NCBI GenBank assembly: GCA_045650355.1
Contig: JAZRRC010000023.1
Location: 1 to 39,525 of the forward strand
Origin: Candidatus Avispirillum sp.
GTDB taxonomy: Bacteria; Bacillota; Clostridia; Oscillospirales; CAG-272
Length of the DNA stretch: 39,525 nucleotides
Direction of reading: 5' to 3'
In this document: piece by piece, positions 33,524 through 39,525 of the stretch
Layout: each line of letters starts with the position of its first letter
How positions within the stretch are numbered: the first letter of the stretch is position 1
Made by a program: the position numbers and the translations under genes
The notes under the pieces: generated by a model
Database searches by the model: none
The model's input: the letters and a program-made list of their open reading frames with translations, nothing else
Told to the model about the DNA's origin: nothing

Positions 33524-33569
33524 GCTTCGGCGATCGGATAAAAGCCGAAAAGAAAGGTAAGGAAAGAAA

Positions 33570-36500
33570 ATGAAAAAGCTTTCGAAGAAATTTGTCAGCA
33601 TTTTACTTTGTCTGACGTTAATATTGGCAAGTTTCCCGATGGCTGTAATGGCATCAGATGCTGCAAGGAGCAATGATCCAGGTACAGCAGCAGACCCCGG
33701 TACGGCATATACATGGGAAACCATGATGGGTACCGATGCAGACGGAAACCGCTATGCAGGCCGTGTATGGGCAGATAAGTCTGTCTATAAGGAGGGCGAT
33801 ATTGCTGTTCTCAATACAAGCGGTAAGACAGGCTCATCCTTTGAGGTTTCCCTTGCGGATGACGAGGTGTTCCAGACAGTATTCTCAGTCCTCGGCTCAT
33901 CCATGTCCTCAACAGATACAAAAGTTTCCCAGGGCCCCATGGACGTTGTTCTCGTTCTGGATAACTCAACGTCTATGCAGGACGTTTCCAACAAAACGAC
34001 ACGCCTTGAGAAGGTCATCACATCAGCAAACAGCCTTCTTGAAAATCTTCTTTCTGCATATGATATCAGAATCGGTATCACATCCTATAACTACGATGCA
34101 GATACAGTTCTCCCCTTCGGAAGATATACAAACGGCGTAACTCTTAAGGTAGATGACTATAAGAGCGACAGAGGCGGCAAAATTTCCGCATTTGACGATT
34201 CCGGCAAGCTTCTCGGCGAGGATGACGGATACGAAAGCGGCACAAACACACAGTCAGGCTACGATCTTGCAATGAAGATGCTTGAGGGCGCATCCGATAC
34301 AGAGGGACGCACTCCCGTTGCCATCGTGCTGACAGACGGTGCTGCAAACACAGCAGTTGATAAGAGCTTTTATAACATTTCCAAGGGAACTATCAGACAG
34401 CGCTTCTACGATAACGGTGTTCCCGTGGGCGTTGCTCTCAGCACACTTCTCAATGCAGCTTATATGAAGGCAAGCGTTGAGGATAACTATAACGGACTTG
34501 CTCCCGTGATCTACGGCATCGGTGTTGACCTTGAAAACGGTGACGGCTCTGATGCGATCATCAATCCCGGTGCAGCTGACGGCTTCAGTAGCTCTAACGA
34601 TAATAAGAATATCAGAGATGCATATAAGCTTTATAAGGATGAATGGTGCAAGGGCAAGACGATAACCGTAAAGCATTCAGGATATAGCTTCACCTTTGAT
34701 CATAATTATCCCCAGGGCTCTGACGTAACCGATCAGGACATTATGGATAATATCAACTACGTTGATCATTACTTTAACGTAGCAAGCGAAAAGCTTCAGG
34801 ATACCTTCAAGCAGATCTACGAGGAGCTTTCAAGCGGAGCATTCAACCCCATCACATCCACAATCCAGTCTGACGGCGCAACAGGCGTTAAGGATACTCC
34901 TCTTATCTACGTTGACTTTATCGGTCAGCATATGGAGGTTAAGAATATCCAGGCTGTAACACTTTTCGGCTCCTCCTATGGCGTTACAAGGGGCACGTCC
35001 TACACAGATACAATTGATGGCGAAACAGTAACCGTAACTCCCTTCACAGTAAATGCAGGAAACGGAACAAACCCCACAACAAACGAAGGCTGGAGCACAT
35101 CCGATAATATCTCCATCCTTATTATCGAGGATGAGAAGGGTGAGCAGAAGCTTGAGGTAAGAATCGATCAGGAGATCCTCCCCATCATTCTCGAGCAGCT
35201 CACCACAAAGACAGTAGGCAATAATACAGTTGCAACTATCGATGAGTTTGTATACGATCCTCTCCGTGTTTTCTATACGGTAGGTATCGACAGCGATATC
35301 CTTCTCCCCGGCGGAAAGATCGACGTATCCAAGGTGCAGGGCTATGAGCATATCAACGATGCTTCAGGCACAGTATCCTTCTACAGCAACCGCTTCGGTG
35401 TTATGAACGGTGAAATGGACGGCGTCATCGACCTCGGTGATGCGCACGTAGGCTTCCAGCCCTCTGCGCAGAATCGCTACTATTATTATCAGACAAATCA
35501 CGGTATCTTCACAGACGTAAAGTCAAAGATCAACTCCGATATCGAATGGGACCGCTCCGAGTACGGTGTTCTCTGGCAGGAGGGTCAGTACGAGCTTACT
35601 TGGATGAGCTATGACGAATATAAGACAGCAAAGGATAGCGATGAGGTATATACATACGTAACCTATTATCATCCTACAGCATCTGCAACAGATGCAGCCA
35701 ATGCGGCAGAGGAGGTAACGTACCTTACCTATACAAGCTGGGAATATCTTAAGGATTCCGTAGCATTCTACGATGCAGCTTCCGAAAAGTACGTAAACTA
35801 TGACAGCGAGACCGATAAGTTCACTCTTGACAGCATAGGCTACGTTGTATCTGCAGAAAAGATCGCGGAATACGTTGAGAAAAATCCCTCAGCTGATCTT
35901 TATGCAGTTCTTGGCGTAGCAGCAAGAAGAACAAGCCGTCTCCATAATATGTCCTTCGTTAAGGAAGAGAACACAACAGAGACTGCAGCACAGCGCGTTG
36001 CAGGCGAGTATACCTCCGAAACGTTAAAGAAGACACATAATAACAACAGTGTTCTTTTGTGGCTCGGTAACAACGGCAGACATACCGTTGAGATCGAAAC
36101 AGGTATCGCTCTTACAAAGAACGTTACCGAAGCCTTCGGCAGTGCTGATGCTACATACGCACTTACTGTAGCTGTTCCCGCAGGCGTTAAGGCTGACCCC
36201 GTGGTTTACGATGCAGACGGACACGACGTAACAGCAAAGATTGCAGAGTATAAGAATAACGTTCTCACAGTAAACGTAAAGGCAGGGGAGACTGTATACG
36301 TAAGCGGTATTCCCCACGGTACGGAATGCGTTATCGGTGAAGTGATCGCAGGCGATTATTATATCGAATCCATGACAGATACCGTAACCGTTCCCATGGT
36401 AAGCGAGGTGCTTTCAGGTGCCGATCAGTTTGCCCGTGCATACGTAACAAACGCTCCCTACAAGTACGGAGATCTTACAATTATCAAGGATATCCTTCAT

Positions 36501-39500
36501 AATTACAACGATATCCCCGAAAGCATGGCAGCAAAGGAGTTTGCATTCAAGGTTCAGCTTCCCGAAAGTCTTGCAGGTAAGACCTTTGCAGTAGATAATA
36601 TCAATGCAACTCTCATGGAGAGCGACAGCATCACAGCAGATGCAGATGCAAGCTTTGTTGTAAAGCTCAAGGGTAATGAGTCTGTAACTATTATGGACCT
36701 TCCCACAGATGCAGCTTATACAGTAACAGAAATCTCCCACGTTCCCGGCTACGAGAACACAACAGGAGAGATCTCAGGTGTTATCATCCCCAACGCAGAC
36801 AACACAGCACACTTCACAAATACTTATAAGACAACTCCCATAAAGCCCGAGGTAATCATTTCCGGTAACAAGATCCTTGTTGACGTGGAAAGCACATATA
36901 CGGAAAATGAGGACTTCACCTTTGTTCTCAGCGAGTTCGTTGGCATTTCCGAGGAACATCCCGACGGATATAACGTTCTCGGCACAGATACTGCAAAGGC
37001 AGGAGAGGGATATTCCTTCAACCTTGCAGAGCTTCTCACAGAGGCACACGGCATCGGCACATACTACTACCGTGTAACAGAGAGAGCAGGCTCAACTGAG
37101 GGAATGACCTATGATTCTCAGAGAGGTCTCTTCGCAGTAATCATCACAGATAACGATGCAGACGGAGCTCTTGAATATACGGTAGAGAGCCTTGCAAACG
37201 CTGCAGTTGACGGCAATTTTGTAACAAAGGATTTCACAAATATCTATAACGTTTCCCGCACGTATGCAGACGTTAACATCGTTAAAGAGCTTAAGAACAC
37301 AACGGGCGTTAATATCCCCAAGGATATCTTCCATTTTGTTCTTGTTAACGCAAAGGACGCATCTGAAAGTTATAATGCAACAACAGACGCATCCGGCAAG
37401 GCAACGATCCGTGTAGCAGACCTTGCAGAGGGCACGTACACATATAAGCTTTCAGAGGTTGACGGCGGTATGGCAGGAATGGCATACGATGCTACCGAGT
37501 ATACGGTAGTGATCACAGTTGAAAACAGAGAGGGCGTTCTCGTTGCAACAGCTGAGATCGAGGGCGCAGCGCTTGAAAACGGTGATAATAGCGTAGAGGC
37601 AACCTTCGTTAACGAATATAAGCTTGAGCCCGCAAAGAACACCATCAGCGGTGTTAAGGACCTCAGAGGCAGAGCTCCCGAGAACGGAGAGTTCGCATTC
37701 GAGCTTTATGAAACAGATTCCTCCTTCACAATCAACGGCAGCGCAAAGGAAACTGTAACAAACACAGGCGTGACCTTCTCCTTCTCTGAGATCACATACG
37801 ATAAGGTAGGCACATACTACTATTCCGTAAAGGAAAAGGCAGGCAACGTTGCAGGCGTAACATACGATACAACTCACTATCACGTAACCGTAAAGGTTGA
37901 GGTAGACAGAGACGATGCTACAAAGCTTGCAGTTTCAAGAGTTCTTGTAAACAAGGTCGGCCATAACGATGACAGCACCAGAAATATCGTGTTTGTCAAT
38001 ACATACACAGCAGCACCCACATCCTACACAATCAGCGGCACAAAGCACCTTAATGGCCGTGCGATCACAGCAGGCGAGTTTGAGTTCTCCCTTTATGAGG
38101 GCGATAACCTCATCGAAAAGGTAAGCGTTAAGGCAGACGGAACCTTTGCATTCTCTCCCATCGTATATAAGAGCGCAGGCGAATATATCTATACGGTTAA
38201 GGAGGAAGCAGGCGACCTTCCCGGTATCACATATACAGGCGCTGAAAATCCCGTAACAGTAAAGGTAACCGTAACAGATAATAACAGCATTCTCACAGCT
38301 GAGGCTGACGTTGCAAACAGCGAGATCGTATTTGAAAACGATTATAATGCAGCAGCGGCAACAGTAACCTTTGAGGGAACAAAGACTCTTGAGGGCGCAA
38401 CCCTCAAAGATGGCGACTTCACCTTCAATCTCTATGAAACAGACCGCAGATTCACAATAGACGGTGACCCTGCAGAATCTGTAACAAATGCAGACGGAAG
38501 ATTTGCATTTGAAAAGATAGAGTTCACTAAGGCAGGCGACTACTTCTACGTAATCGCAGAGGACACAAGCGATCCTATCGAGGGTATCGTATATGACCGC
38601 ACCGAATACAGATATCACGTTCAGGTCAAGGATACAGGCGCAGGCCAGCTTCTCGCAACAGTTGTAAGCCTTACTGAGGCTACAGCAATAGTTCAGGTTG
38701 CCGATGCAGTTGAAAGCGTAAGCTTCAAGAATGCAGCAAGCGATTCTGCAACAGAAAAGGAAGTATACGTTGGCGGCGAATACGTAACCGAGATCGACGG
38801 CATGAGAGTTGAAGAGGGCACAGTGCTCACGTACTTCATCACTTACATGAACTTCAACGGTGTTGACGTTATCGTTGATATCATAGATACTATCCCCGCA
38901 CACACAACGTACGTAGAGGGCTCCGCATCCCATAACGCAACCTACGTTGGCTCACAGCTCCATTGGATGCTCAACGTTGAGAACGGCGAAACAGTTACAG
39001 TATCCTTTGACGTAACTGTAGACGAGAGCGATTCCGTTATCTCCAATACTGCAGTTGTACGCGACGGATATAACTCCTATACAACAAACGAGGTTGTGAA
39101 CCATACAGTTAAGGATCCTCTTAAGAAGGACGTATTCAAGGCTGATGATATAGCAGTAAGCATCGACGGCGAGAAGGTATCTGCAGGCGACAGACTTTAC
39201 TATACCATCACGTATAAGAACTCCTCCTACGAAAAGGTTTCCCTTACCATCACCGATGAGATCCCCGAGTACACAACGTACGTTGAGGGCTCAGCGGATA
39301 ATGACGGTGTATATGCAGACGGTGTGATCACATGGAATATCCGTGAGGTTCCCGCATGGGCAAGCGTAACAGTTTCCTTCGAGGTAGAGGTTGATGAGGC
39401 TGACAGCTCTGTTTCTGTCACAAACGAGGCTGTAGCAGTCAGCGGCAACAATTCCTATACTTCAAACGAGGTTAGCAATGAGGTAGAGGTAACTCCCGAT

Positions 39501-39525
39501 CCTGATCCTGATCCCGATCCCGATC
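33570..39525 (+). CDS. giant secreted surface adhesin / pilus-tip-like protein (partial, more than 1985 aa): signal peptide, vWFA, Cna-B/SpaA-type and pilin-isopeptide-type modules, PD linker
   Basis: My own translation from the ATG at 33570 gives MKKLSKKFVSILLCLTLILASFPMAVMASDA... (signal peptide), RVWADKSVYK, and a MIDAS-type VVLVLDNSTSMQD...VLTDGAANT (vWFA). Downstream are repeated ...GEFEFSLYE...Y.YTVKE..G...G(I/V)TYD modules. The frame is open to the last base (checked at 33720 and 39480-39525). It is absent from the ORF track because no stop is in the window. Confidence 0.9.
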   Translation, partial: MKKLSKKFVSILLCLTLILASFPMAVMASDAARSNDPGTAADPGTAYTWETMMGTDADGNRYAGRVWADKSVYKEGDIAVLNTSGKTGSSFEVSLADDEVFQTVFSVLGSSMSSTDTKVSQGPMDVVLVLDNSTSMQDVSNKTTRLEKVITSANSLLENLLSAYDIRIGITSYNYDADTVLPFGRYTNGVTLKVDDYKSDRGGKISAFDDSGKLLGEDDGYESGTNTQSGYDLAMKMLEGASDTEGRTPVAIVLTDGAANTAVDKSFYNISKGTIRQRFYDNGVPVGVALSTLLNAAYMKASVEDNYNGLAPVIYGIGVDLENGDGSDAIINPGAADGFSSSNDNKNIRDAYKLYKDEWCKGKTITVKHSGYSFTFDHNYPQGSDVTDQDIMDNINYVDHYFNVASEKLQDTFKQIYEELSSGAFNPITSTIQSDGATGVKDTPLIYVDFIGQHMEVKNIQAVTLFGSSYGVTRGTSYTDTIDGETVTVTPFTVNAGNGTNPTTNEGWSTSDNISILIIEDEKGEQKLEVRIDQEILPIILEQLTTKTVGNNTVATIDEFVYDPLRVFYTVGIDSDILLPGGKIDVSKVQGYEHINDASGTVSFYSNRFGVMNGEMDGVIDLGDAHVGFQPSAQNRYYYYQTNHGIFTDVKSKINSDIEWDRSEYGVLWQEGQYELTWMSYDEYKTAKDSDEVYTYVTYYHPTASATDAANAAEEVTYLTYTSWEYLKDSVAFYDAASEKYVNYDSETDKFTLDSIGYVVSAEKIAEYVEKNPSADLYAVLGVAARRTSRLHNMSFVKEENTTETAAQRVAGEYTSETLKKTHNNNSVLLWLGNNGRHTVEIETGIALTKNVTEAFGSADATYALTVAVPAGVKADPVVYDADGHDVTAKIAEYKNNVLTVNVKAGETVYVSGIPHGTECVIGEVIAGDYYIESMTDTVTVPMVSEVLSGADQFARAYVTNAPYKYGDLTIIKDILHNYNDIPESMAAKEFAFKVQLPESLAGKTFAVDNINATLMESDSITADADASFVVKLKGNESVTIMDLPTDAAYTVTEISHVPGYENTTGEISGVIIPNADNTAHFTNTYKTTPIKPEVIISGNKILVDVESTYTENEDFTFVLSEFVGISEEHPDGYNVLGTDTAKAGEGYSFNLAELLTEAHGIGTYYYRVTERAGSTEGMTYDSQRGLFAVIITDNDADGALEYTVESLANAAVDGNFVTKDFTNIYNVSRTYADVNIVKELKNTTGVNIPKDIFHFVLVNAKDASESYNATTDASGKATIRVADLAEGTYTYKLSEVDGGMAGMAYDATEYTVVITVENREGVLVATAEIEGAALENGDNSVEATFVNEYKLEPAKNTISGVKDLRGRAPENGEFAFELYETDSSFTINGSAKETVTNTGVTFSFSEITYDKVGTYYYSVKEKAGNVAGVTYDTTHYHVTVKVEVDRDDATKLAVSRVLVNKVGHNDDSTRNIVFVNTYTAAPTSYTISGTKHLNGRAITAGEFEFSLYEGDNLIEKVSVKADGTFAFSPIVYKSAGEYIYTVKEEAGDLPGITYTGAENPVTVKVTVTDNNSILTAEADVANSEIVFENDYNAAAATVTFEGTKTLEGATLKDGDFTFNLYETDRRFTIDGDPAESVTNADGRFAFEKIEFTKAGDYFYVIAEDTSDPIEGIVYDRTEYRYHVQVKDTGAGQLLATVVSLTEATAIVQVADAVESVSFKNAASDSATEKEVYVGGEYVTEIDGMRVEEGTVLTYFITYMNFNGVDVIVDIIDTIPAHTTYVEGSASHNATYVGSQLHWMLNVENGETVTVSFDVTVDESDSVISNTAVVRDGYNSYTTNEVVNHTVKDPLKKDVFKADDIAVSIDGEKVSAGDRLYYTITYKNSSYEKVSLTITDEIPEYTTYVEGSADNDGVYADGVITWNIREVPAWASVTVSFEVEVDEADSSVSVTNEAVAVSGNNSYTSNEVSNEVEVTPDPDPDPDPD
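36843..38740 (+). repeat. five tandem protein-level repeats (roughly 110-130 aa each) of Spy0128/FctA-type pilin isopeptide-linkage domains inside the adhesin
   Basis: Repeat starts: ISGNKILV..DFTFVLSE; NIVKELK..IFHFVLVN; ISGVKDLRGRAPENGEFAFELYETD; ISGTKHLNGRAITAGEFEFSLYEGD; FEGTKTLEGATLKDGDFTFNLYETD. Each is followed by a Y.Y.V.E..G...G(I/M/V).YD core. Confidence 0.7.
38752..39445 (+). repeat. two DUF11/SpaA-like beta-sandwich repeats inside the adhesin
   Basis: V..G..L.Y.ITY.N.......V.I.D.IP..TTYVEGSA......Y.......W........VTVSF.V.VDE.DS...N.A.V occurs twice. Confidence 0.6.
39495..39525 (+). repeat. Pro-Asp dipeptide (CCN-GAT) microsatellite-like linker at the contig end
   Basis: cccgatcctgatcctgatcccgatcccgat encodes PDPDPDPDPD in the adhesin frame. 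The window ends inside it. Confidence 0.85.

Noticed and set aside
33524-33569. CTTCGGC...GCCGAAG hairpin between tetR and the adhesin as a terminator.
   Set aside because: It has a 6-7-bp stem, a 12-nt loop and is followed by purines rather than a U-run. It is more likely weak or irrelevant, so the two genes are treated as co-transcribed.
34254-39451. Minus-strand ORFs (up to 332 aa) and the plus-strand ORF 33736-34140 inside the adhesin region.
   Set aside because: They overlap the continuous plus-strand frame starting at 33570, which carries a signal peptide, vWFA MIDAS and repeated pilin-type modules. Their translations are low-complexity and Cys-rich. It is the same codon-bias artefact.

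Overview
39.5-kb contig-end window from a Clostridia-type Firmicute. The gene content looks like an H2- and succinate-forming, Ruminococcus-like fermenter, but the taxon is inference only.

Layout:
(1) 1-1.45 kb: poly-G artefact, the 5' part of a csaB-like pyruvyl transferase (-), and birA (+).
(2) 1.48-9.88 kb: a six-gene minus-strand operon with its own consensus promoter, sitting between birA and rex. It encodes a Csx1-like CARF-HEPN protein, a 395-aa HD-less Cas10 two-palm core (mCpol-like, GGDD intact), a 254-aa orphan, a 1049-aa Upf1/DNA2-like SF1B helicase, a 406-aa orphan and a 121-aa small alpha/beta protein. I see no CRISPR array and no Cas1/2/5/6/7. This is the main hunt result: a candidate CRISPR-independent cyclic-oligonucleotide defence system with uncharacterised partners.
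(3) 10.1-10.5 kb: a strong promoter, a roughly 270-nt unassigned leader or sRNA, and a terminator-like hairpin.
(4) 10.5-29.2 kb: about 19 kb of tightly packed plus-strand redox genes. These are rex, an APH-fold kinase, two small [2Fe-2S] proteins, sensory [FeFe]-hydrogenase HydS (PAS), a PP2C phosphatase and a group-B [FeFe] hydrogenase. They are followed by an LDH-family dehydrogenase with a malate-type Arg, fumC, hdrBCA-mvhD, three Flx/Asr-like Fe-S/flavin subunits, soluble FrdB/FrdA-like proteins and an AAE-family (SucE/AspT-like) transporter. Together they suggest an uncharacterised Hdr/Flx-linked soluble fumarate reductase pathway.
(5) 29.3-32.6 kb: a three-gene module made of a degenerate AAA+ protein, a TM-less VirD4/TraG-like ATPase and a helical protein.
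(6) 32.7 kb to the end: a TetR gene behind a consensus promoter with an embedded palindrome, then a surface adhesin of more than 1985 aa (signal peptide, vWFA, Cna-B/SpaA-type and tandem pilin-isopeptide-type modules). The adhesin runs off the contig in a Pro-Asp repeat.

No tRNA, rRNA, transposase or CRISPR array was seen. All family assignments come from motif reading by eye; no database search was possible.
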